Shown here: positions 35,362 through 43,963 of the stretch, piece after piece | Layout of the letters: every line of letters begins with the position of its first letter | How positions within the stretch are numbered: position 1 is the stretch's first letter | Virus record (IMG/VR): IMGVR_UViG_3300026078_000017 | Span: 256,480 to 320,479 of that record | DNA: 64,000 nt | Strand: one strand, 5' to 3' | Translations under genes and position numbers: made by a program | The notes under the pieces: generated by a model | Database searches by the model: none | What the model saw: only the letters and a program-made list of their open reading frames with translations | Told to the model about the DNA's origin: nothing

Positions 35362-35549
35362 AGTTTGCTGTTGGAAATATTCTTGTGTGGCATAATGTGC
35401 CATGTTATCTAATTTTAAGCGTAATGTTGCAGGATCCTATGAATTTGGGCTTTACCTGCAAAGTGTTAAATTTAAGAACACAAAAGAAAATACACAAAAT
35501 TACAATTGTACCAGAAGCTTGGGAAGTTTGGAAACCAGATGACAAATAA
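35343..35549 (+). CDS. GD-family paralog
   Basis: FAVGNIL. Confidence 0.65.
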   Translation: MDEYAVKFAVGNILVWHNVPCYLILSVMLQDPMNLGFTCKVLNLRTQKKIHKITIVPEAWEVWKPDDK

Positions 35550-35976
35550 CTTAGAGACCTCTGACGTTCCAGAAGAAGAGGAACTTTCAGAAGAAGAAAA
35601 AGAACTACGCAAGATTGCTGCAACCCTGTACAGCATTCGACTTGACTCGCTTGCTCCCGTCAAGGACATAACGCCTGTTGGTTATAGAGTTATGTCACAA
35701 CGTGGGTCAGACAAGTCAGGAATCTATCTCAGTCGTTCTGCGGTTTTTATCTCTCTTGATGCATTTGAGATTTCTGGTGAGGTTATCACGGTCCACAATC
35801 TTGCCAAGTTTTCTTATGTGTATCTCAAGTCTGACCAAGATGGCAAGGAAATCATGGTTGAAGTTCCTTCCCTTCAAGGATATCGAATCAGAAACGGAAG
35901 CCACTACTCAGGACGTGCAAATAGGTTGTGGGTTGAAGGAGACGCACAACCCGGTGGTTTTATTCAAGTCCGATGA
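35539..35976 (+). CDS. hypothetical protein
   Basis: 145-aa ORF. Confidence 0.7.
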   Translation: MTNNLETSDVPEEEELSEEEKELRKIAATLYSIRLDSLAPVKDITPVGYRVMSQRGSDKSGIYLSRSAVFISLDAFEISGEVITVHNLAKFSYVYLKSDQDGKEIMVEVPSLQGYRIRNGSHYSGRANRLWVEGDAQPGGFIQVR

Positions 35977-36233
35977 CAGCTCGGTCTAAATTCGCCCAAG
36001 GTGACATAATCAAGTGGATAGACAAAGATCCACCTGACTATGAGTGTTGGCCTCATTTTGACTTTATTGCAAGGAATGATCAGTTTCTCATCCTCTTTTT
36101 TCACTCATACCCTGCCAAACAGTTCAACCAATATAAGGTGCTTGACCTAACACGGAACAAAATCATTTGGTTAGATCAGGACATGGTAGAGTGTAAATCC
36201 TGGATGAAGCGAACAATGAAAGTCTCAAAATAG
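35973..36233 (+). CDS. GD-family paralog
   Basis: FAQGDII. Confidence 0.75.
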   Translation: MTARSKFAQGDIIKWIDKDPPDYECWPHFDFIARNDQFLILFFHSYPAKQFNQYKVLDLTRNKIIWLDQDMVECKSWMKRTMKVSK

Positions 36234-36282
36234 ACCTTGCATCCCTCAGGCATTTTGCTATAGTATCCTCAGAGGTTGAGAC

Positions 36283-36594
36283 ATGAGCACCAAGGATTTC
36301 CGAATCGTTTACATTGTTTGGTACCAGGCTGGTGGGATCGACGGACGGAGCACCGAGCCTCGGTCGATTGCACTCGCTACCTTTGACGAAAAGGAAGCGG
36401 AGATCAAGGCAAAGGCTGGTTGGTGTGAAGAGGAAGTCGAGGTGCGTGCAGTGGACATGCACGATGCCAAGAACAACGCACTTCGGAAGCTTTCGCCCCT
36501 TGACAAGCTTGCTCTTGGCCTTGGTACGCCTCCTGCAAAGGAAGAGCAGACCAATCGGTCACCCGACAAGTTCAACAACCCTCCCCGTTGGTAA
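36283..36594 (+). CDS. phage hypothetical protein
   Basis: ALRKLSPLDKLALGL; promoter and RBS. Confidence 0.8.
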   Translation: MSTKDFRIVYIVWYQAGGIDGRSTEPRSIALATFDEKEAEIKAKAGWCEEEVEVRAVDMHDAKNNALRKLSPLDKLALGLGTPPAKEEQTNRSPDKFNNPPRW

Positions 36595-36655
36595 ACATTT
36601 TCCTTGCACACAACGCGCATTCTGTTAGAATGTTCTTTGTCAAAGGGAGCTAGAT

Positions 36656-37360
36656 ATGGCCTACAAGATTGCAACGCTTGTTCTCAAGTCCAAGAACGTC
36701 AAGATCGGTGAGGTTTCTGCAACCTACGCCAGCATTGACGGGTCGTGTCCCTCGGATTGCATGCACAAGGGTGCGGGTTGTTATGCTCAGGCTGGCAACG
36801 TGGGAATCCACGTGTCACGCATGAATGCAACCAATAACGTGCGTACCCGTCAGGATGCTCGTGAGGTTGCTCGTGAGGTTGCTCGTGAGGAAGCACGTCA
36901 GATCAAGGCTGCAATCGCCAGCGGAGACGACACGCGCCCCTTGCGAGTGCATGTTTCTGGTGATTGTCGTACGCCTTCCGCAGCACGTGAGATTGCAACG
37001 GCAGTGGAAAATTGGAAGGCTCCCGTGTGGGGCTACACTCACGCGTGGAAGAAAGTCTCACGTCAGGATTGGGGACGTGCTAGCGTTCTTGCCTCGGTGG
37101 ATTCTGCGGAAGACCTTCCCCTGGCATTTTCTCGTGGGTATGCGCCTGCTATCGTGGTAGAGAAGCACCCAGAGAATGGCAAGGCTTTCCTTCGTGAGGA
37201 TGGTGTCAAGGTTATTCCTTGCCCTGCACAAACCCGTGAGGACGTGACGTGTGTCAAGTGTGGTCTGTGCATGAATGCCGACAAGCTTCATGGCATGAAC
37301 GCTGCTATCTCGTTCGCGGCTCATGGAGTTTCCAAGCGAAAGTTGACCGTTATCAAGTAA
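36656..37360 (+). CDS. Cys-rich phage protein, GP88-like (possible Fe-S/radical-SAM-like)
   Basis: N.K, CPSDC..GCYA, RVHVSGD, YTH, CPAQ...CVKCGLC, FAAHG. Confidence 0.7.
   Translation: MAYKIATLVLKSKNVKIGEVSATYASIDGSCPSDCMHKGAGCYAQAGNVGIHVSRMNATNNVRTRQDAREVAREVAREEARQIKAAIASGDDTRPLRVHVSGDCRTPSAAREIATAVENWKAPVWGYTHAWKKVSRQDWGRASVLASVDSAEDLPLAFSRGYAPAIVVEKHPENGKAFLREDGVKVIPCPAQTREDVTCVKCGLCMNADKLHGMNAAISFAAHGVSKRKLTVIK
36856..36890 (+). repeat. in-frame 12-bp tandem repeat, about 3 copies (AREV)
   Basis: TGCTCGTGAGGT repeats. Confidence 0.85.
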
Positions 37361-37379
37361 CGTGCTAGGGTGTTCCCGT

Positions 37380-37658
37380 ATGTCACGAAATAAATACGGG
37401 AACGCTCTCTCGCTTGCTGAGGCATGCGTTTTGACTGTTGGTGATAAGGTTTGGTATCAGTACGTGAAAAACGGAAATGTTCGGATTTCCGAGGAAGTTC
37501 TCGTAAACTACAACGACGGCAGAAATATCCTGTTTGACAACGGATATGACTTCGAACTTGGTAGAGCCCTGAGAACCTCCGGAGATCTCACTCTCATTCC
37601 AGCGAGAGTGGAATGTCATCCTGGTGAGTGTACTTTGTTTCACTTGACCAAGGTGTGA
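37380..37658 (+). CDS. GD-family paralog
   Basis: LTVGDKV. Confidence 0.7.
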   Translation: MSRNKYGNALSLAEACVLTVGDKVWYQYVKNGNVRISEEVLVNYNDGRNILFDNGYDFELGRALRTSGDLTLIPARVECHPGECTLFHLTKV

Positions 37659-37708
37659 CTCCAAGTTATCAGGTGGACAACATTTGTACAGGTTGATACA
37701 CTATGTGA

Positions 37709-38125
37709 ATGGCATTTTACGGTCCACCGACTTCCTATCCGCGGATTTATCCACACTTACCTGTTGTTAGTACTACAAGCGAATATTTGTCCACAGTTTG
37801 GATTAAGAGAAAAATTTGCAAGAGGAAAAAGCCCAAGTATATCTCAAAGCACGAAAAAGTTTGTCCGTTTTTGGTAGGGCAGATTATTTTCAACAAGAAA
37901 CGTCCAACGATTCGCAGACTTGTTATTGGTGAGCCAAGACTCATTAACAAGACCGTGTGGAGTCGTCATAGAACCTGTTGGGAAATTCCAGTGTTGAATA
38001 TTCGCAAGAGTGCGAATAACGGGAAAAAATCTATGTTGGTGATTGAACTAACACGGATTAAGAACTTTGAGATTTTCTCAGACTCTGAGGTTGCCTCTGT
38101 TTTGGAGTGTGCTAATATCGAGTAA
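37709..38125 (+). CDS. GD-family paralog with basic extension
   Basis: FLVGQII. Confidence 0.7.
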   Translation: MAFYGPPTSYPRIYPHLPVVSTTSEYLSTVWIKRKICKRKKPKYISKHEKVCPFLVGQIIFNKKRPTIRRLVIGEPRLINKTVWSRHRTCWEIPVLNIRKSANNGKKSMLVIELTRIKNFEIFSDSEVASVLECANIE

Positions 38126-38149
38126 CTCCACAACAGGTTGAGGTCACTC

Positions 38150-39034
38150 ATGGGTTGTCTGAATTCGCAGGGTCAATTCTCTCACTGGTTTGCAAATATA
38201 CACCTGAGTGGGGCTTGTAATCGATCCTGTTACTTCTGTATCGGGCAACACATGCCCGGTCTTGACCCGATCAACAACCTGGACACTTGGCCTTTGCCAG
38301 GCATGGACGAGTTTTTGACGAAGTGTCGAGAGCAGGGCGTTAAGGAAATTAACCTGACTGGCTCTGACACCGATCCCTTGCTCTATCGTCATCTTCCTGA
38401 GTTGACGGCATTTCTCCGAAAGGAGATTCCTGGTGCCATCCTCGGAATCCGGACGAACGGGGTTTTGGAAGAGCGGCACCCTGACTTGATTGACCTGTTT
38501 GACAAGGGAAGCATTTCTGTCACTTCCTTTGACTCGGCAATCTACAAGAAGACCATGGGTCATGGAAGCCCGCCAGACGTCGCAGGATTTCGTCAGAGGC
38601 ATCCGGGGTTCCGGGTGAAGGGGAACGTGGTCCTATGTCCTGAGACCGTCACAAAGAATTCTAATGGCTTCTGTGACCTTGATGCGACCTTGAAATACTT
38701 CGCTTCCAATGGATTTGAGAAGGTCAACATCCGTGAGCCTTACGGGCAGACTCATATTGGTGATCCGCTCAAGGGATCTCAGTTTGAGCAGATTGGTACG
38801 ATCTATGCCATGCCGATTTACAATGTCTATGGCATGCAGGTTACCTATTGGGATGTTCACTACGTGGAGGTTGAATCTGTCAATCTCTATGCCAACGCCA
38901 ACGTGTCTGTGACTTATCCAGTCACACTTGGACATGACCCTGTTCTTGGCACGGTGTTTGACCAGAGCAAGTTCTTGCAGGGTCGTCAGCATGAACAGTG
39001 GAAAAACAAGCGAAAGCTTTCGGTGGTGAGGTAA
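38150..39034 (+). CDS. radical SAM protein
   Basis: CNRSCYFC (CxxxCxxC), LTG...DPLL, IRTNG. Confidence 0.9.
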   Translation: MGCLNSQGQFSHWFANIHLSGACNRSCYFCIGQHMPGLDPINNLDTWPLPGMDEFLTKCREQGVKEINLTGSDTDPLLYRHLPELTAFLRKEIPGAILGIRTNGVLEERHPDLIDLFDKGSISVTSFDSAIYKKTMGHGSPPDVAGFRQRHPGFRVKGNVVLCPETVTKNSNGFCDLDATLKYFASNGFEKVNIREPYGQTHIGDPLKGSQFEQIGTIYAMPIYNVYGMQVTYWDVHYVEVESVNLYANANVSVTYPVTLGHDPVLGTVFDQSKFLQGRQHEQWKNKRKLSVVR

Positions 39035-39316
39035 ATGGCCAAAAAGAAACTGAAAGTTGGCGACCTTGTCTACATCAACAACACGAGATATGGGTCAATT
39101 CGTGCCATGGAGTGTGATGTAAATTCCATAACAAAATCAAGTTTCGTTTATGTCCACTACGGAATGTTTTTGATTTTGGATACAGAGTCCTTACCACCTG
39201 GTTACTTTTCGAAAACCTCAATGTGGCTTGAGGCTCTAGACTTGAGAAACAACACCAAGATTTTTTTGAACACGGATGACATCATGAAATATGTGGAGAA
39301 TTTTCCTGACCCATAA
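39035..39316 (+). CDS. GD-family paralog
   Basis: LKVGDLV. Confidence 0.8.
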   Translation: MAKKKLKVGDLVYINNTRYGSIRAMECDVNSITKSSFVYVHYGMFLILDTESLPPGYFSKTSMWLEALDLRNNTKIFLNTDDIMKYVENFPDP

Positions 39317-39352
39317 GGTGGCATGTTGTTTGTTGTGTGCTAAAGTAATCCT

Positions 39353-39724
39353 ATGCCTCTTTTCTATAGAAACAGTTTAACTCAGTTGAGTCTGCCATTT
39401 CCTGAGTCGGAACGTGTGTTGATTAAAGGCTACAACCAAGCATTTTTATTTGACCTGGTTGAGTCAGACACGTGGATTGCAACCAAGACCGTTTTATTTC
39501 TAACAGAAACCACTGATTCTGATGGTTCGCCTTATGGTCCAGAAGTGGTTGTTCTTCAAGAAACTTGGACACAAGGTGCATTCTATGTGAATGGCAAAAT
39601 CCAAGCATATACTACCACTGTCAATGAAGCCATAAGAAAATACATGATTGGCGTTTTTTCCTATGAGCGAAATCAGCACGGATGGCTGTGGGCTGGTGAC
39701 TTTAAGGCAAAGTTAGAACAATGA
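39353..39724 (+). CDS. hypothetical protein (leaderless)
   Basis: ATG 6 nt after TAAAGT. Confidence 0.7.
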   Translation: MPLFYRNSLTQLSLPFPESERVLIKGYNQAFLFDLVESDTWIATKTVLFLTETTDSDGSPYGPEVVVLQETWTQGAFYVNGKIQAYTTTVNEAIRKYMIGVFSYERNQHGWLWAGDFKAKLEQ

Positions 39725-39999
39725 CTGACATATGGAGCGACAATCCACCTTTGGCAAAGGTTATGCCAGCAGGCACCTTAATCATGCGAACAGGTGAATA
39801 TGGCAAAGATATCTCATCGACATTTGCATTTATTGCCTTACAGCGTTTTGTTACGCCATCTTGTCGTGAGTATAATCAAGAGAAACCTGGGTTTCTCACT
39901 GGTGTGTGGGCTTGTGTCTACGACATAGAACAACAACGTGTGCGAGACATTATGATCGATTTTTCGACTTCTTGGAAATATACTTTCCAAGAACCGTAG
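39721..39999 (+). CDS. GD-family paralog
   Basis: MPAGTLI. Confidence 0.7.
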   Translation: MTDIWSDNPPLAKVMPAGTLIMRTGEYGKDISSTFAFIALQRFVTPSCREYNQEKPGFLTGVWACVYDIEQQRVRDIMIDFSTSWKYTFQEP

Positions 40000-40037
40000 A
40001 CCCTTGCATTCATGTGAAAAGGTGCTAAAACACCACT

Positions 40038-40235
40038 ATGACCACATCACAGAAGTCGCTAGAGGATGACATTCAGATTCTTGGTGGACTTGCAGAAGTT
40101 CACATGACTGCCACGACCAAGGAAGACTTTCAGCTTTGTCAGCGTGTTCGGGCCACGATCACGTGCTACATGCTGAATCGTCCAGGCTGGATCAAGATTG
40201 AATCTGGCTTGAACCTTTCCACGTCCATGACGTGA
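40038..40235 (+). CDS. hypothetical protein (leaderless)
   Basis: ATG 6 nt after TAAAAC. Confidence 0.65.
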   Translation: MTTSQKSLEDDIQILGGLAEVHMTATTKEDFQLCQRVRATITCYMLNRPGWIKIESGLNLSTSMT

Positions 40236-40519
40236 CAATGGAAAACAAATTTCCATTTGAGGTTGGAGATCTCATTGGCTTCAAGCCAAACATGCAGCCA
40301 GGAAAAATGGTGCCAGATTGGCTTGGACTGGTTTTGACAGCAACAAAACCATATCGCTCATCCTTAGACGACATGGAGGATGAGGATGGCATGTTAGTAC
40401 GATATAAGATTTTCTGTTTTCAAACAGAAAACGTGACCTCCTGGTACCATTATGAAGATGACATGCCTCGTTGGTACTTGGTTGCCTCACCCATCGAAAA
40501 TCTTGTGAGACATGACTGA
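40232..40519 (+). CDS. GD-family paralog, PFxVGD subfamily
   Basis: PFEVGDLI. Confidence 0.8.
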   Translation: MTMENKFPFEVGDLIGFKPNMQPGKMVPDWLGLVLTATKPYRSSLDDMEDEDGMLVRYKIFCFQTENVTSWYHYEDDMPRWYLVASPIENLVRHD

Positions 40520-40727
40520 ACGAACAAAACCTTTTGGTGTTGGTGACATTGTTGGCAACATGTGGATTGAACCACCAGAGTTGGTCTTGGTTGTTGAGGT
40601 TAGAGTTGCTAAGTCATTTTTTGAGTATGACGTGATTTACCTAGACAAGAAACAGGGTGGACATTCGACTTGGGCAGAACTTTCTGACTTTGATCCCATG
40701 TTTAAGCTTTTTTATGAGGCAGATTAA
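40512..40727 (+). CDS. GD-family paralog, PFxVGD subfamily
   Basis: RTKPFGVGDIV. Confidence 0.8.
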   Translation: MTERTKPFGVGDIVGNMWIEPPELVLVVEVRVAKSFFEYDVIYLDKKQGGHSTWAELSDFDPMFKLFYEAD

Positions 40728-40982
40728 ATGTTAAAGCCTCGTACAAAGCCCTTTAAGGCAGGAGACGTTATCGAGTGGAGGTGGGAACAGAGTTGGTCCC
40801 GAGTTTTGGTCCTTGATGTAACCTATGAGAAACAAGTAGCTAATCCTATATGGGTTTATTCTGTTTTGCATCTCAGCGACTCAAATCCACATTGTATTTA
40901 TTTGCAGACCAAGTCTATTTGGCATGAAAATGAATTTCCGTTTGCGCAAAACATCAACCTGGTGTATAGTGTTGAAGAATGA
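40728..40982 (+). CDS. GD-family paralog, PFxVGD subfamily
   Basis: RTKPFKAGDVI. Confidence 0.8.
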   Translation: MLKPRTKPFKAGDVIEWRWEQSWSRVLVLDVTYEKQVANPIWVYSVLHLSDSNPHCIYLQTKSIWHENEFPFAQNINLVYSVEE

Positions 40983-41230
40983 TAAGAAGGCATCCATTTA
41001 AGGTTGGCGACCTAGTCAAGTTCAAGGTTGACAATGACGACTTCATTACAGCCCTTGTTGTCGACGTGAACGTCAGAAGTACCAAAAATATGGGCTTTCA
41101 CTATTTCTACGATATTGTCCACATTGGTGGAAGCACTCATGGAAGCAAGGGCATTTGGAATGAGTGTCCAGGTTTTGGAATAACGTTTTCAAATGACTTT
41201 ATCCTGGTGTCATCATGCAAGACAACTTGA
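40979..41230 (+). CDS. GD-family paralog, PFxVGD subfamily
   Basis: PFKVGDLV. Confidence 0.8.
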   Translation: MIRRHPFKVGDLVKFKVDNDDFITALVVDVNVRSTKNMGFHYFYDIVHIGGSTHGSKGIWNECPGFGITFSNDFILVSSCKTT

Positions 41231-41469
41231 AGTTTGTGCCATTCAAGGTTGGTGACATTGTCGAGCGTGACCTAGAAGGTGCTCCGAAGCGACTAGGATT
41301 AATTTTAGATATTTGGCCTTTTAGAACCAACACCACTGAAAGACAGTGTTTGCTTTACAAAGTGTGTCTTTTGGATGTGGCTATGTGGCGAATAGTCTCT
41401 TGGCAACATGAAAATTTGCCAAGATGGCCAAATATTCACTACAGGCTTATTTGTGGAACTGACACATGA
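41215..41469 (+). CDS. GD-family paralog, PFxVGD subfamily
   Basis: PFKVGDIVER...GLILD. Confidence 0.8.
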   Translation: MQDNLKFVPFKVGDIVERDLEGAPKRLGLILDIWPFRTNTTERQCLLYKVCLLDVAMWRIVSWQHENLPRWPNIHYRLICGTDT

Positions 41470-41708
41470 GAAAGACTTTCGAGATTGGTGATGTGGTCGA
41501 ACGAACCTTTCGAGGCAATGTTCGTACCACATACACTGGTTTGATTTTGGATGTGACAAACACCAAAACAAACAAGTTATATACGGTTTTTGTTTTTGGT
41601 GCTAATCAGAAAGTCACCTGGATCCACGACTTGATGTATCGTGATACAACAGTCACCTACAAACTCTGTTCTGAGGATTCCGAAAAAGAAGACAAAGAAA
41701 CCGTTTGA
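41466..41708 (+). CDS. GD-family paralog, PFxVGD subfamily
   Basis: FEIGDVVER...GLILD. Confidence 0.8.
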   Translation: MRKTFEIGDVVERTFRGNVRTTYTGLILDVTNTKTNKLYTVFVFGANQKVTWIHDLMYRDTTVTYKLCSEDSEKEDKETV

Positions 41709-41790
41709 CAAGTTCCTGAATGGTGCTAAAACAAAATGGTGATGAGGAGGTGACAATCAAGTCGCCCTCAAACAAATAGAGAAAAAGACA

Positions 41791-41973
41791 ATGAAGATCG
41801 GTATGATGGTTGAGACGGCTCGTTCGTGTGGCGCTCTTGGTGAGCGTGGTGGTGTGGATCTCGGCGCGGAGACGACGGGCAAGCTGCTCGGCATTCGCGG
41901 AGATCACTGCAAGTTGGAGCTTGCGGATGGCAAGGTCGTTTACCTTGCGACCGAATATCTGAAGTGGCGTTGA
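41791..41973 (+). CDS. small SH3-like protein (GC-rich codons)
   Basis: MKIGMMV...; own promoter and terminator. Confidence 0.8.
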   Translation: MKIGMMVETARSCGALGERGGVDLGAETTGKLLGIRGDHCKLELADGKVVYLATEYLKWR

Positions 41974-41988
41974 GCCCAAAAAGACGTT

Positions 41989-42037
41989 CTCACGTTCGAT
42001 TCGGCGCTGTTGTGGCGTTTAGGGTTGACAGCGTGAG
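41989..42037 (+). other. GU-rich 3'-UTR hairpin
   Basis: CTCACGT/GCGTGAG, CGATTC/GGGTTG, GGCGCT/GGCGTT. Confidence 0.45.
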
Positions 42038-42049
42038 TTGATCACCTGG

Positions 42050-42087
42050 AAGGGTGGCAGGAGAAATCTTGCCACCTTTTCTTTTTT
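42050..42087 (+). terminator. rho-independent terminator
   Basis: AGGGTGGCAGGA/TCTTGCCACCTT plus T-tract. Confidence 0.85.
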
Positions 42088-42151
42088 GTTCTTCTCCTGG
42101 GATTTTTAACCAGGTTGCACTAAAATCTAAAGGGTGATAGTCTTAGGTATC

Positions 42152-42307
42152 ATGGAAACTCTACTGGTTGTCTCTGGCTGGTCTTGCCTCGTGACTGGTT
42201 TCTTTCTGTTTGTGCCGCTCATGATCCTTGGATCCAAGGCAGGTTACAGTATCGGTGCAGCCATTGGTGGAAGTCTTGGAAGATTTTTTAGGTCCTTTGT
42301 TGAATGA
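42152..42307 (+). CDS. small membrane protein (51 aa)
   Basis: hydrophobic ORF after promoter. Confidence 0.6.
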   Translation: METLLVVSGWSCLVTGFFLFVPLMILGSKAGYSIGAAIGGSLGRFFRSFVE

Positions 42308-42663
42308 CTAAATCACCCTTTGCTAAGGTTCAGGCAGGAGACATGATCCAGACAACAAAGTTTGGGGCATGGACTTTTTTGAAGAGAAACGACTACAGGA
42401 AGAATTCCCGAGATTGGAATCACTGTGAAGGGTGGTTTTTGGTTATTGAAACAAGAACCTGGAAAATCAGTGACGAGCATCCTTGGATTTTAACCTTAGA
42501 TCTTTGGTCACCCAAGGAAAATTACTGGTGTGACATTAGAGTGTACTTATATCAAGAAGATATTCCAAAGGATGTTGAAAGTCAATTGGAGATGGTTGAA
42601 GTTAATGAACTCAACAACCCAAAATTGCTGACACATATACCTTGTGTCTCTGAGACAAAATAA
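42304..42663 (+). CDS. GD-family paralog
   Basis: VQAGDMI. Confidence 0.75.
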   Translation: MTKSPFAKVQAGDMIQTTKFGAWTFLKRNDYRKNSRDWNHCEGWFLVIETRTWKISDEHPWILTLDLWSPKENYWCDIRVYLYQEDIPKDVESQLEMVEVNELNNPKLLTHIPCVSETK

Positions 42664-42674
42664 AGGAAAACAAA

Positions 42675-43067
42675 ATGAACGTTATTCAAGTAGTTATGGG
42701 CGATTGGTCACAGGATGGTCACAACCACACAGAAACTGTGGTCATTATGAGCGACCACACCGCAAAGCAAATGGAAAAGGCATATAAGGCAGGTGTCAAA
42801 AAGTGCAAGTTTGACATTTCTTCATTCTGTGAGGAATATGAAGACAACACCATTTCCAATAAAATGTTTCTTTATTTTTTCAATTGGGGTGTGGAGATGG
42901 AAGAAAACTACGACGAAGATGCCGACCATCAGCCAATTGGTTATTCTGACTTTGCCAACATTTACTTGAAGACGTGCGAAATTGGAGATCCGACATTTAA
43001 GTACGTGAGAGTTGACTCCAATGCTTCTTCGGTCAATATTGGCGGATATGGGTTGTTTTCGAATTGA
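42675..43067 (+). CDS. phage hypothetical protein
   Basis: GDWSQDGH...CEEYED...IGGYGLF. Confidence 0.85.
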   Translation: MNVIQVVMGDWSQDGHNHTETVVIMSDHTAKQMEKAYKAGVKKCKFDISSFCEEYEDNTISNKMFLYFFNWGVEMEENYDEDADHQPIGYSDFANIYLKTCEIGDPTFKYVRVDSNASSVNIGGYGLFSN

Positions 43068-43146
43068 AAGTAAATTTGATACAACGCCAAACCAATCTAG
43101 ATACTACTGCTTAGAGCATCCACATTTGCTCTAGAAAGTAGTTAAA

Positions 43147-43302
43147 GTGAGAAAATACGAATACAAAATCGAGTCTTTTACAAGTAATATGTACCAGCCT
43201 ACATATCTGGAAAATCATCTCAATAAACTTGGAGAAGACGGTTGGAAACTGATCGATAAAGACAAAGAGGTTATCATCCTCAGGCGTCGTAAACAGGCTT
43301 AA
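43147..43302 (+). CDS. DUF4177-like small protein
   Basis: YEYKI...LNKLGEDGWKL. Confidence 0.7.
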   Translation: MRKYEYKIESFTSNMYQPTYLENHLNKLGEDGWKLIDKDKEVIILRRRKQA

Positions 43303-43312
43303 TTAACTTGAC

Positions 43313-43963
43313 ATGTTTTGGATTTACGCGCTTCTTGATGAAAAAGGTTTTCCTAGATATGTTGGAAAAACCTATGACTTGAAAGAACGACTGAGAAATC
43401 ATCTCAAAGAGAAAGGTCGTTGTCATCGAATCTGTTGGCTTAAATCTATGAAATCTAAGGGACTCAATCCCACATTGATTGCATTGGATTCTAAGCCAAC
43501 AGAGCAAGAAGCTTTGGATGAAGAAGTTTTTTTGATATCTTATTTTCGTTATTTGGGTGCTGATTTAACCAACGGAACAGATGGTGGTGAAGGAATCTCT
43601 GGACACAAACATTCCTTAGAAACAAGAAACAAAATGTCCAAAAGTCGGATAGGACATATAACTTCACCTGAAACTCGACGTAAGTTGTCTGAATCAAACA
43701 AAGGTAAACCACATAAAGGTGGATGGCATCATAATGAAACAAGTAAGAAAAAAATAACAGGTAGAAAACCAAGGCAAATTCAAGACTCGCATGGAAAAGT
43801 CTTTGCGTCTGTTCGTGAAGCTGCTAAAGTGTTTGGTGTAAGCATCGATCAAATCAAATATGCCCTTCAAAAGGGCACTCCCACCCACAAAGTACCAAGG
43901 TTACATTATGTTGAAGGTTCAAGAATATCTACTGACGCACACATTGAACGATTTAGCTCGTGA
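43313..43963 (+). CDS. GIY-YIG homing endonuclease with NUMOD3 repeats
   Basis: IYAL...RYVGKT, LTNGTDGGEG, HSLETRNKMS, SPETRRKLS. Confidence 0.9.
   Translation: MFWIYALLDEKGFPRYVGKTYDLKERLRNHLKEKGRCHRICWLKSMKSKGLNPTLIALDSKPTEQEALDEEVFLISYFRYLGADLTNGTDGGEGISGHKHSLETRNKMSKSRIGHITSPETRRKLSESNKGKPHKGGWHHNETSKKKITGRKPRQIQDSHGKVFASVREAAKVFGVSIDQIKYALQKGTPTHKVPRLHYVEGSRISTDAHIERFSS

Noticed and set aside
41989-42037. Y-RNA or tRNA-like element suggested by GTTCGATTC
   Set aside because: No T stem forms; a simple long hairpin explains the sequence better.
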